Positions 47,238 to 59,823 of a stretch of DNA of 64,000 bases are shown piece by piece. The DNA is taken from assembly GCF_006345805.1 (NCBI RefSeq), contig NC_043019.1, positions 17,235,360-17,299,359 on the forward strand, in the 5' to 3' direction. Position 1 is the first letter of the stretch. Each line of letters opens with the position of its first letter. Source of the DNA: Octopus sinensis. Its lineage: Eukaryota. Under the pieces are notes generated by a model. The model saw only the letters and a program-made list of their open reading frames with translations, made no database searches and was not told where the DNA came from. A program made the translations under genes and the position numbers.

Positions 47238-47627
47238 GGAGAGAGAAAGAGAGAGAAAGAGGGAGAGAGAAAGAGGGAGAGAGAAAGAGAGAGAGATGTT
47301 TGTTTAGTGATTTACTCTGATGCGAAACCTATCATAATTTTTGTTTTTAAATTTGCCAAAACTTACAGAAAAACCCCAAAAGTTTAAATTTGAAAACTCC
47401 TTGTTACTTTGTTTAAATGACTGATCATTTATTAATGGGGGTCCATTTAAAATTAAACTTAATTTACCAGCTCTCCCCCAAGCTAAAATTTATAGAGACT
47501 CATCTTAACTATGGACAACATTATCTCATGTATTCTATTTTTAAGACAGTATTTCTAACAGGTCAAATGATGTAGAGAAGTTCCCCTCATTGGCTCTTTC
47601 TCTTAGAGCCTCTAAACTCTTATACTG

Positions 47628-47761
47628 TAGGCACAGGCATGGCTGTGGGGGTAAGAAGCTTGCTTCCAAACCACATAGCTTCAGGTTTAGTCCCACTGTG
47701 TGGCACTCTGGTAAGTGTTTTCTATTAAGGCCTGAGGCTGGTCAAAGCATGGATTTGGTAG
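47628..47761 (+). mobile_element. Older SINE family A 5' half fused to the SPTSS fragment
   Basis: Head+CORE ending at ggatttggtag. Confidence 0.8.
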
Positions 47762-47857
47762 ATGATTAAATCAATATGGAATTGGATTTCCTACTGGTAC
47801 CTCCGTTTCATCCTCAGTATTGGTATCTACATGATGGAGCCCATGGAACAGTGGATT
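47762..47857 (+). pseudogene. Partial duplicate of the SPTSS CDS (first 32 codons)
   Basis: 90/96 nt identical to 29119-29214; begins exactly at the ATG and ends just before an RTE LINE tail. Confidence 0.9.
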
Positions 47858-47863
47858 CTTCAA

Positions 47864-49624
47864 CATCATCATCGTTTAACGTCCTTTTTCCATGCTAGCA
47901 TGGGTTGGACGATTTTGACTGAGGGCTGGCGAACCAGATGGCTGCACCAGGCTCCAATCTTGATCTGGCAGAGTTTCTACAGCTGGATGCCCTTCCTAAT
48001 GCCAACCACTCCGAGAGTGTAGTGGGTGCTTTTTACGTGCCACCGGCACAGGGGCCAGTCAGGCAGTACTGGCAACAACCTCGCTCGAATCTTTTTACAC
48101 ATGCCACCAGCACAGGTGCCAGTAAGGTGACGTTGGTAACAATCACGCTCGATTGGTGCCCTTTTACGTGCCACTGGCACGGAAGCCAGTTGGCTGCTCT
48201 GGCAATGATCACGCTTGGATGGTGCTCTTGGCACCTTACTAGCATGGACACAAGTGCCAGTAAGGCAACACTGATAACAATCATGCTTGAATGATGCCTT
48301 TTAAGTGCCATTGGCACGGAAGCCGGTTAGCCGCTCTGTCAATGATCACGCTCATATGGTGCTCTTTGCCCCAGCTAGCACGGATGCCAGTCATTGAATT
48401 TGATTTTGATTGATTTCACTTGCCTCAACAGGTCTTTGCAAGAGTTTTAGTGTCTAAAGAAGGAAAAGGTACACATAAGTGGGCTGGTTACGCCCCTGGC
48501 ATAGGCCATGAAATTATAGTTTCATTTTGCTTGCCATATTTCCAACGGTCTTGGTCACTAGTCATATCTTTGGTGAGGCCTAAAGTTTGAAGGTCATGCT
48601 TCACTACTTCATCCCAGGTCTTCCTTGGTCTACCTCTTCCACAGGTACCCTCAACCACTAGGGCGTGGTACTTTTTCACACAGCTGTCCTTATCCATTCT
48701 TGCGACATGACCATACCAGTGCAGTCGTCTCTCTTGCACAGCACATCTGATGCTTCTTAGGTCCAACATTTCTCTCAAGGTACCTACACTCTGTCGAGTA
48801 TGCACACTGACATTACACATCCATCGGATCATACTGGCTTCATTCCTTGTGAGCTTACGCATGTCCTCAGCAGTCACAGCCCATGTTTCACTGCCATGTA
48901 GCATGGCTGTTCATACACAAGCGTCATACAGTCTACCTTTTACTCTGAGCGAGAGGCCTTTTGTCGCCAGCAGAGGTAAGAGCTCTCTGAACTTTGCCCA
49001 AGCTATTCTTATTCTAGCAGCTACACTTTCAGCGCACCCACCTCCACTACTGACTTGGTCACCTAGGTAACGGAAGCTATCAACTACTTCTAGTTTTTCT
49101 CCCTGGAATGTAGTGGAAGTTGGTCTCTGCGCATTCTCAGTGTTTATTGCTCCCGAGCATCTTCCACATACAAAAACTATCTTCCCAGTTAGCCTTCCTT
49201 TGATATTACTGCACCTCCTATGTGTCCATAGCTTACACTGGGTACATCTTATAGAGTTTCTACCTACGCCTTTTCTACAGATTGAGCAGGGCCATCTACC
49301 TGAAGGGATTTGTGGTTTGCCTGCCTTCCTACATATTAGGACTTTGGTTTTAGCTAGGTTAATTTTAAGGCCCTTCAATTCTAATCCTTGTTTCCATACT
49401 TGAAACTTCGCCTCTAGTTCTAATAGTGACTCAGCAACTAGAGCAAGGTCATCAGCATAGAGGATCTCTCAGGGGCATCCTGTCTTGAATTCCTCCGTTA
49501 TTGCCTGGAGGACTATGATAAATAGGAGGGGGCTGAGGACTGAATCTTGATGGACCCCTACCTCTACCCTGAATTCTTCAGTATACTTGTTGCCAACCCT
49601 CACTTTACTTACAGCGTACCTGTA
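47864..49624 (-). mobile_element. 5'-truncated RTE-clade LINE, same family, decayed
   Basis: ORF pieces 48911-49378 and 48488-48904 are homologous to 41637-42779; LYADD at about 49450. Confidence 0.92.
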
Positions 49625-49885
49625 AAATTCATATGACACCGCAAATAATTGTATTCACCTCAATAGACGTCATTGATTGGTCGAAATTGCCGAAATTAAA
49701 CAACAAATAACTTACAAACTACAGAATTTTCTCAAGAAAGCCAAGAGAAAAAGGTGTTTTACGTAACACACTACCATTATACGAAGTTTAAAAGTGTTTA
49801 GTTACAAAGAAATTATTAAAAAAATCTGCCGGTCAAAGCGAAAAGATCCCAAAGCCTAGTAGTGTTCTTGTAACGAAAGATCGCC

Positions 49886-49930
<45 letters not shown>

Positions 49931-49949
49931 GTGTGTGTGTGTGTGTGTG

Positions 49950-49985
<36 letters not shown>

Positions 49986-50401
49986 ATGTGTGTTAAGAAA
50001 GTAGAGGCCAAATGGTTCAGAAATTCCCTTTGGAATCACAAACTCTCAGGGTCGCTCTGGCATCTTGAGCTAGTGTCTTTTATCCCAGTTTTGGATCGAC
50101 CCAAGTATTGTGATGGAAATTAGCTGGAGTTTTACTGAGATAACCCGTTGAACGTACTGTTTCTTTAATTCAAAAAGGTACAGCTTCATGACACATCTTA
50201 TCACGACGATTCTACTCTAGAATAACGCAAAGAGTACTCGTATCTTTTGGAAAACTGAGCCACTTTGATCGAACAACTGGAACAAAGCTATTCGTCTTTG
50301 CCCACTTTTCCATTCAAAGCACTTTTTCTCATGAATATTCATATGTTGTTTGAATTATCTGCCCTTGCCGGAAGCCTGTTAATTTAATTGGTTTCGGTGT
50401 A

Positions 50402-50473
50402 ATGTCGGGCAACAGAGCTGTCCTAGAACCGACATCGTCCTCTGTTGGAGGTACTGATGCCAGTTCAGATGAT
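50402..50473 (+). CDS. BTBD9: Probable BTBD9 first coding exon (MSGNRAVLEPTSSSVGGTDASSDD)
   Basis: ATG...GAT|gtaagc, phase 0, matching the phase-0 acceptor at 62067; CpG patch and CCGGAAG just upstream. Link is inferred only. Confidence 0.5.
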
Positions 50474-51787
50474 GTAAGCATACACTTTAATTATATTCGA
50501 GTCTTTGTCCATTCAACCTTCTTATATATTACCTAAGAACTATTTTATTTTCTTCTATTAAAAAAAAAAAAAAAAAGACGTGGCCACACTTAACGTTTAC
50601 TGGTTCTGCTTTCAGTTACAAAGTATGGAATCCCGAACGTGTTATAATTTTACGTAAACTGTAGTGTTTTCATTTTTTGCGTTGTTAAGATTCTTTACCT
50701 TTATAATGTTTGTGTCTAACATTTAAGTTTAATAATGCTGATTCATGGGATTTTTTTGAAATTATTTATTATTAGTAACGATATTAGTTTACTGAAACAG
50801 CGTGTCTACGACTAGGAATCGAAACTTGTCTGCCAACATGGGAACGTTTCGTGGTCATTCGACTTATTGGAAATAGTGGAGTCACGTCTCCCTCGAATAA
50901 CCCTGTCGTCGTAAGAAAAATTAAAAGGACAGATTGGATCATGTTGTCCTAGATACTCTAGGGGCAGACATTTGACCGTGTGGTTAATAATTTCGTTTCG
51001 TTGCTGCATGTTTTCGGGTTCAATTCCACTTATGGTGCTTTAAAATAAGCCTCGTGTTGACCAAAACCTTGGCTTGCAATTTGGTAGACAGAAATTATGT
51101 GGAAGTTCTTTCTCAGTTGTTGAGATGTAAATCTAATCCAGTCGAAAGCCACCACCACTACCTTCTGGCTCTTGGTTGCGCTAAATGAGGTCCCTTCTGT
51201 TGTGAATATTCAGAGTAGGTGTTCAGTCTGGCCTCTTTGCCGTCCCTGACTAAACTTTAACAAGATGTGTTGGTCATCCAGAAACCCCCTGAATTTTTTT
51301 TCAGCAGCAAAGACCTATATCGATCTTGTTTCTATCTCTGTGTCAGTAGTCACTGATAGCATTTCAAGTGGAGGTCAGAATTGATCCAATAATCTCTGTC
51401 AATTACCTGTAACAGGTCATATTATTTACCCAAACCAATAGTTTCATTTTCGACGGAGTTCTGATTTACGCACCACACAACCCCCATAAATCCTACAAGT
51501 TCTACTCTTTTTCGATTTTTTAAAAATATGGACAGTACGAATTTTTCGTTTAAATTCCTCCCTTGGGTGCATTATCATTCCATTAAATGTGAAAATATTG
51601 AAAAACCTCAATACATGTCAGTGACAAAGAAGCGAGGAAAGGTATCGGGTGGTCACCAGATGTTCTAAAAAAACCCCAGCTAAATTGCCCTTATATCACA
51701 CTTTTTTTTGCATAATATTATGAATTCCCGTGTGTAGAACACAAATTCGCAAAGTTTTTCTGACCCTCCCCCAAGTTACGAAGGGTT

Positions 51788-51968
51788 ACCGTATTTTAAC
51801 GTGTATAAGGAACCCTCGTGTATAAAGAACCCCCTAATTTTGGGGGCTTAAAATTTGGAAAAAAAGTTTTGTAAGGGATTATAATACTATCCATATATAA
51901 GAAACTACCATATTTATTTTACCTCATTGTTGACAAAAAGGATTCCTTATACACTTTAAAATACGATA
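51788..51968. mobile_element. Tc2/pogo-like MITE
   Basis: TIRs taccgtattttaacgtgtataaggaa / ttccttatacactttaaaatacgata. Confidence 0.55.
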
Positions 51969-53436
51969 TACGGGGTGTTTAAACCAGAATTCCGCTTCTA
52001 CTTCTTACAAATGTTTCTAATTAAGGCAGCAATTTTCAGCTGAGGGGGGCAAGTCAGTTTCATCAACCCCAGTGCTTGACTGGTATTTTCTTATCGACTG
52101 CGAGTTGTTTTCGATAGGGAAAACTTGCTTTTCATTCTTTCGAGGGCGATAAAATAAAGTACCAGTAAAATATTGAGGTCGATGAAATCGATTCATCTCT
52201 CCACCCACTAAAATTACTGACTTTGTGGTAAAACTAGAAAATAGTACTTTTAATAATGATTTTCTAACTTAAGTAGAAAACAGATTTTGTGGGGAATTGT
52301 TTTGGTAATTTTATCAACTCACTACTTGTCCGGTCCATTATTTTATCGACTCTGGAAAGATGAAAGGTGATAACCTTGGGATTTATCAGAAAACGGTAAA
52401 TTTTAAAATTTATTCAGAAAACATCGCTATAAGGCACCAAACATTATTTGCCTACAATATTCCAGTTTTGCCTTTTTTTTTTAACCCCATTTAACCACAG
52501 TTGTGAGAGAGGGGTATGTAAAATATAGGAATAAGTTCCAACCCCAACAACCGTAAATTTTTTTAAAGACCTGAAACAAAAATAGTTTTAAAGAGAAAAT
52601 TTATTCATCTAGGAAAAAGAAAATAGAACTTAGAATAACATGTCGGGAAATGGAGAATGACATTTTGCCTTATAAAATCAAATTTTAGTAAATTTTATTA
52701 TTAAAAATATTAGAAATAACTAATATAAATTTTTTTAAAAGACCTCTCATTTCATGGAACCCTGGAAATATCTTTTCACAGAATCCTAGGGATTGGTTAG
52801 ATCCCTTTTTTATTAATACTGGTTTAGTCAATTGAGGAATGGTAACACTTTTATCAAGACCTCTGTGATTTTTGAGAGGAAATTCTACTCGGACCAACCA
52901 ATCTGGTCCTAATTCTGTGATCAACAGTAAAAGGACCTGCAGACCAAATTGGGATGTTAAATAGATTTAGTTTATATATATATACACTTCAAAAGTGTAC
53001 AAATACAATTTAGTTTACATTATATAAATGTAAACTTTTTTTTTTAATATGGAGAATATCTTTTATTTATTTGCCACAAATTTCAAAAATGCTAAAAAAT
53101 GGTTTACAAAATTTGGGTGAATGTATATATATGATGATGTTATAGACTGCAGATTTTCTAATAAAATGAAAAAAAAATAATGTCCACTCAGTGGGGTGGT
53201 CGGTGCTAGGAAGGGCATCCAGCCATAAAAAAAAACCCTGCCAAAACAGACACCGAAGCCTGGTGCAGTCTTCTGCCTGTCCAGCTCTTGTCAAACCGTC
53301 CAACCCATGTCAGTGGGGAAAGTGAATGTTAAATGATGATGATATATAATACAAAACCACATTAAAATCCAAATTCCAAACCAAAGTATCTTCCCTTATG
53401 TTTGTGTTTTTGGATTTGTATTGTATGTGTATCATA

Positions 53437-53750
53437 CGCGTGGCCGTGTAGTAAGATGCTTGCGCCCCAACCACTTGGTTCCGGGTTCAGTCTCACTGTA
53501 TGACACCGTGGGCAAATGTCTTCTATTGTAGCCTCGGGCCTATCAAAGCCTTGTGAGTGGATATGATTGATGGAAACTGAAAGAAGCCTGCTTTATATAT
53601 ATATTTATATACCCCCGTAACTTAGAAGTTCGGCAAACGAGACCTGTAGAATAAATAGCAGGCTTAAAAAAAGTCCTTGGGTCGATTCGTTCGACTGAAA
53701 GCCATTCAAGGCGGTGCTCTAGCATGGCCGCAGTCAATTGACTGAAACCA
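53437..53750 (+). mobile_element. SINE family A, diverged
   Basis: Homologous head, CORE and tail. Confidence 0.75.
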
Positions 53751-54510
53751 GTCATTTCATTTTTGTTTTTGAACATGCAAGGATTCTATTTCTCATGGTT
53801 TTTTGGTTCCCCAAATTTTGTAACGTTTTTATGGATTATTTGGAACTTTGTGGCAAATAAATAAAAGTTATTCTCCGAATTAAAAAGAAAAAAAAAAGGT
53901 TTATATTTACATAGTTACATTTTCATTTTTAATAAACTGAAACGACAGCACATTCAAAATCTTTCATAAGTGAAACAACAATATTATTGAAGTAATGCTT
54001 TCATTATTGTTTTGAAAACCAAGATATTTGGGTTGTAATGTCTAGGTAAGTTGTATATAATTAGATTTACAAAGCATTGGATTAACGCTTCTTAAAAAAC
54101 AAAACAATACAAAAAGGTTCGGGGCCTACTTAGAGGGTCAAAACCGACGACGGGTTTAACGAATTGTATGACTGCCACTTCAACGTCTCTCTCTCACCCA
54201 ACCTGCAAATCTGAGTGTCGTATGGTGTTATTGCTTTATTTTTATGAAGAGTGGCAGACAAACTGGTATTTAGTTTAAACCATTTATATCTTTGGTTCGT
54301 TTTCCCCTCCCTCCTTAGGTTTCGAAGAGATGCTGGTCAAGTACTGAAATCGATTGCATTTACAGCCAAACAAAAAAGATCCACCTATGGCCTCCCCCCG
54401 CGTCAAACGTGTGGTTTTGTGTTTATATTAACAGCCTTATAATTAAAAATAATATATTGAAAACAGTTACAACAATAATATAAGACACAGCCACGACAAC
54501 ATTCACTCAC

Positions 54511-54830
54511 CACTGATTTTACAATTATAATCATTTCACCTGAATTTGAATTTTCGGCTCTTCTGGTCCTCCATACATGAAATACGACATCAAAATATTT
54601 GCCGTCACTTCAGACACGTAAACAGCAGCAATTTCTACAACTTATTCCATCTTTGCAATCCTTTGACACCGAATACGGAGGATCCAGTCTCGAACCTTAG
54701 CCATAGTATTTTTGTTAACGTTAAATAATAATGTCGGAGGTGGGGATGGGGGGAGAAAAACCGCGAAATATCGACCCACTTGACGTTTCTCTCTCTCACC
54801 CGTCGCACCAATGTCTGTTTGTGTCTTTGA
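54511..54830 (-). other. Candidate non-coding first exon/promoter on the minus strand (possibly MED30 5'UTR)
   Basis: Unique CpG-rich patch ending in a strong TG|GTGAGT donor at 54510; alternative CAG|gtgaaa donor at 54539. Confidence 0.35.
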
Positions 54831-55850
54831 TGTGTCAAACATTTATTATTTTGATTATTGTTACGATTCTATGATGAGGGAACAGCCACGATTATTTCTT
54901 TACAGTATCTTCATTGCTCTTCAAAATCTCCCCAGTACGGATTAAGTGAATCCCATTAAAAATATTATATCAGTCATATAAATCATACCAGATTTCATTA
55001 CCAAAAATAGACGTCAGAGATTCCTCCTCGTGTTGTTGTTATTATTTATTACTGGCAGTCTTCAGAAAGCGGTGGAGTGTCAGAAGTAAATATCTATCAG
55101 TACTTAGTTGTTATTGGCATGATCAAAAGCAATTTCGCCATGCTGGAGCAATCTAAGACTACGTTGTCAAAACGTGTCCTTAGGACATCGCAGGTTGAAA
55201 TGAGAGAAATTTGGGTGTTATTTATAAAAGGTGGAACCATCTCATAGAGGCTTCCCAAGGTCAGCCCCTGGTCGAATAAGCATACGATCAAAAATCTTCT
55301 CGCGGCAACCTTCCCGTGTTTATTATTGCGTGTGGCTTTTATGGGTTTTCCCACCAGGAACCTTTCGTAACGCCTCCCCCTATTGGGAGTTTTTCGTTGT
55401 TATAATTTTTCGTTGTTACATTGTTTTTACACGGCTTTTTTTACAAACGGACAAAACCCTTTGTAACCCTTCGTCCTTTTTTGTCCCTTTATGTTATAAT
55501 TAATTTTTGTCAGCCCTTGTGGCCAATAAAAGAATTGATTATTATTATTATCATAAAGGTGTTGAGCTGGCAGAATCGTTAACATGCCGGACAAAAGGGT
55601 AAGCGGAATTTCGTCCTTTTCGTTTTGAGATCAAATGCCACCGAGATCGACTTTGCCTTTCATCCTTTTTGGTGTCCATAAAATAAGTACCTGTCAAGCA
55701 TTGCGAAAGGATCCTTTATACGACATGGCTATGATCAAAAAGTGATTCATCTGCTATTTCTAGCAGATTGTGTTGATAACGTAGAGATTCTCGTGAGTTC
55801 GTAGCAGTGTTATCACTTAGGTCATCCCTGCTAAAGCTCCTTAACTCTCT

Positions 55851-56257
55851 CTCTCTCTTTTTACTCTTTTACTTGTTTGTCATTTGACTGCAGCCATGCT
55901 GGAGCACCGCCTTTAGTCGAGCAAATCGACCCCGGGACTTATTCTTTGTAAGCCCAGTACTTATTCTATCGGTCTCTTTTGCCGAACCGCTACTTGACGG
56001 GGACATAAACACACCAGCATCGGTTGTCAAGCAATGCTAGGGGGGGGGACACACAGACACAAACACACACACACATATATATATATATATACATATATAC
56101 AACAGGCTTCTTTCAGTTTCCGTCTACCAAATCCACTCACAAGGCATTGGTCGGCCCGGGGCTATAGCAGAAGACACTTGCCCAAGATGCCACGCAGTGT
56201 GACTGAACCCGGAACCATGTGGTTGGTTAGCAAGCTACTTACCACACAGCCACTCCT
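55851..56257 (-). mobile_element. SINE family A
   Basis: Reverse copy. Confidence 0.9.
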
Positions 56258-57019
56258 TAACTGTAGTATTTAGTTTCAAGACTCCCTTACAATCTTTAAT
56301 GTTTAATAATGAAGCAAACGTTACGGTATCTAGGGCATCTATGGATGTATTATCTAATGTTCCCTTTCCTTTCCCCAAGACATTTGTGCGATTTGAGGGA
56401 GATTTGGTTGCTATTTCTAACATATCAGGTGACCACAGAATGACCACATTTCGAGGTCTCAGGGGGGTCAACTTTCTGGAAATGAAAGATAAGGAGTAGT
56501 GGTTAATGCAAGGCCTCCGAGAGGGTCGTCGGTTGGATACAACACAGGTGATGCGACTATTGCATCGGGACTGGCTGAGAGCATATGGCTGGGGACCAGC
56601 CAGCTCTGAGGAGACCATTGTAGTGGCGGTAGGAAAGGCGGAGAGAAGAGATACTATCCTGTGGGCCAGAGGAGGGGTGAATTATGACGATCGCTCGAGT
56701 GGCCTTTGCCTGGATATAGGGTATGTCTATCTGTATATGTATGTTTTGGGTATGTACAGGGGTTGGACAAAATAATGGAAACACCTTAAAATTTTTAAAG
56801 GCGATCCTACCCCATATTAAAATAAATTTTTATTTTAATATGGGGTAGGATCGCCTTTAGAAGTAATAACAGTTTGAATTCTACGAGGTATGGACTCGCA
56901 CAAAGTTTGAATTGTTTCCAAAGGAAATTTTGTCCATTCTTCAGCTAAAACAGTCTCCAGTTCTTGTAGGGATGATGGTGGAGAACGACTCCTTACTTGT
57001 TTTTCTAAAATGCACCATA

Positions 57020-57256
57020 ATGCATTATTTACATTTGACAGATATTTGTCCTCATCTTGTTTGTTATCAACACAACATTTCGGCTGATATACCCTCCAGC
57101 CTGCATCAGGTGTCTTGGGGGAAATTTCTAACCTGGGTTCTTATTCCTAAGGTATTTTTCGATGTTATTGTTATTATTATTCAGGTCCCTGCCTGGAATC
57201 GAACTCGGAATCTTGGGCTTAGTAGCCCGCGCTCTTAACCATTACGCCATATGCCC
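57020..57256 (-). mobile_element. tRNA-headed SINE-like element carrying a hammerhead motif
   Basis: Head GGGCATATGGCGTAATGG (A box)...GTTCGATTC (B box), then (TAA)n, body and hammerhead; a head-to-head deleted copy lies at 57259-57383. Confidence 0.6.
57069..57114 (-). ncRNA. Degenerate hammerhead motif (inverted partner of 57321-57367)
   Basis: gacac CTGATGC a ggctg...cagcc GAAA t GTT gtgtt; A9>C and C15.2>T. Confidence 0.55.
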
Positions 57257-57320
57257 ATGGGCATATGGTGTAGTGGAAAAATACCCTAGGAATGAGAACC
57301 CAGGTTAGAAATTTCCCCAA

Positions 57321-57367
57321 GACACACTGATGAAGGCTGGAGGGTGTATCAGCCGAAACGTTGTGTT
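57321..57367 (+). ncRNA. Minimal type-I hammerhead motif
   Basis: gacac(a) CTGATGA a ggctg-gagggtgtat-cagcc GAAA c GTT gtgtt; palindromic AACGTT stem III. Confidence 0.65.
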
Positions 57368-58264
57368 AACAACAAAGATGAGAAAGTTTTGGTTTTGTTT
57401 CGACGAGGAGAGTTTCCCCTCTTTTTCAAAGGTTGTCATTACTTTCGAGACAGTACTTCTTGATACACTAAACATTTCAGCTGTTTTCTTTATGCTAGCA
57501 CCTGCCATACGAGCACCAACAATTTGATCTCTTTGAAAGTCCAATATATCTGTAATTTTAATGAATTTTAATTACCTTTTTCTGATGATATCTGAAAATA
57601 AACAGCAATTTTAGCAAAACATATTAAGCAACACTAATATTAAAAAAATTAAAAAACATAAAAATAAACAAGCTTTTGACGGTTTTATAGATATTTTATA
57701 GATATGATGCTAGGTGTTTCCATTATTTTTTCCAACCCCTGAATGTGTGTCTGTGTGTGGTGTGTTGGTGAGGGTGTGTGTGTGTGTGTGTAACTGAGAT
57801 GAATTTGCGACCTTCCTACCTTTTATAAAGGCCATTATTGACGTAACTAAATTGCCGAATTAGTTGTGTGGTCGTCATTACACAGGTGTCTTAATTGGCA
57901 GGTAGCATTTGTTGTTTATGGCATCTAAAACACCTGGTGAATGTATAATAAGTGTAGTTGTGTATATATAAATATACAAAATATACATACACTTTGAGGC
58001 TGTGTGGAATGTATAAAATGTGTTACACGTAATAAACGCATGACTGAAGGTTTGATTGCAGTAAGGATATACACACCATGAGAATAACAGAATCTGTTGG
58101 GAATGTGTATACATTGCATGCGTACTGCTCCTGTTTTATATACTGACGTGGAGAGACTAATGGAATCTCTGTGGCATGTTCGTGTTCCTCCTATTGACGT
58201 AGAGAAATTCCATCGAAACGTCTCATTTTATTGTTTTGGGTCATTTATTTTGTTTTATACGATA

Positions 58265-58663
58265 CTAGCAGTATCGCCCGGCGTTGCTCGGGTTTGTAAG
58301 GGAAATAACTATATAAGCTTTTTAGAGAGTTATAGCCAAAAAATAGCAAAAAAATGCATTAAAATGGAAAAAAATGATGGTAAGTTTTTTTTAAAAATCG
58401 TTGACTCATCGTAGACATTTTTAGAGAGTTACTTCCCTTATATAATAGCGAAAAAATGCATTAAAATGGAAAAAAATGATGGTAAATTTTTTTTTAAATC
58501 GTAGACTCATCGTAGACGCGCGCTAATACCCAGAAGGGCTCGACATGAATCACGACTATAAGTTACCCGGTTTTGGTTACACTGCACTGCAAAATGTGAG
58601 AGTAGTTAGGAATCTAAATCGTAGGAGACAGACAGCACACAACCTCACTTTTATATATAAAGA
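58265..58663 (-). mobile_element. Non-autonomous Helitron (same family)
   Basis: Reverse complement of the 31698 family with an internal duplication. Confidence 0.75.
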
Positions 58664-59823
58664 TTTATAAACAATAGCGTCGGTATTTACGTTCCCACTG
58701 AACCTTACATTTGTTCACTGCATTAACTATGGCCAGAAGTGACTCTAATTCATGTAGAAGAAATGTTTTGGTCGATGCACTAATTTATCACCAGGATACA
58801 ATTTTTTCCTTACTGGTTTGTCATGATTGTGGCCATGCTGGGGTACCACCTTTCGAGTGTTTTAGTTGATATTATCGACCCCAGAACTCCGTTTGCTACT
58901 TTATTTTCCCTATTCCGTCTAACCTCCAAGTTACGGGACAAATGGAGACAACAGATATGGTTGGATGTAAACAAACGCACACAATCTCATATCTACAATA
59001 ACCTGGACAGAATTATGGATTAAGTACCCCCATATAGACCCTCATAACTTTTTAAATTTCTTTGGAATTTTCAGAAAAAATTTGCGAATTTGTGTTCTAC
59101 ATACGGGAATTCATACGATTATTCAAACAGAAAAGATCCCCAAAAAGAAAAAAATAATTGTGATCTATGGGCGATTTAACTGTTTTTAGCACATCTCACG
59201 ACCACCTGATACCTTCCTCGTTTCTTTGTCACTCTGACATGTATTGTTTTTCAATATTTTTCTCTACATAAATACATTCAATGAAATGATGATGCACCCA
59301 TTGCTAGGATTTAAGCCAAAAATTCTAACTGTATTTTAAACTCTGATTGAAAAAAACCCCAAAAAACAAACAAAAAAAACCCGAAAAAGAGCAGAACTTT
59401 TGGAAAGTTAAAAAAAATATGAAGAAAGAATTGTTTCATTATCATATGAATTTCAATATGTAGAACACAAATTTGCAAAACTTTTCTGAAAATTTTGCAA
59501 AATAAAATAGTTAGGATGGGCTACATGGTGTGCTTAAACCTGAATTCAGCCATAATTTATAAGTGGTTTCACAAAACAGAAAGTATTCAATATTTTAGAG
59601 TGAAGAACATATTGTATTTTATAAATACGACTGCTTTTATTTCAGTAAGTTTTAGGTTCGATAAAAACAGGACATTCATCTGTTTAGCATCAAACTTGAG
59701 TTACAGAAAAACACTCTGTGCAGGCCTGGCTGTGTGTGAAGGAGTTCGATTCCCAAGCACATGGTTTTTAATTCAGTTCCCACTGCATTGCACATTGGGC
59801 AGGTGTCTTCTACTGTAGCCCTG

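Larger units (their letters stand above)
56755..57741 (-). mobile_element. Internally deleted Tc1-like transposon hosting the hammerhead-SINE foldback
   Basis: TIRs cagggg ttggacaaaataatggaaacacct; DFQRDQIVGARMAGASIKKTAEMFSVSRSTVSKVM and C-terminal IPRRIQTVITSKGDPTPY*. Confidence 0.85.

Noticed and set aside
47762-48022. 86-aa ORF as a second functional SPTSS paralogue
   Set aside because: Only 32 codons are SPTSS-derived; the transmembrane C-terminal half is replaced by antisense LINE sequence, and the equal length is coincidental
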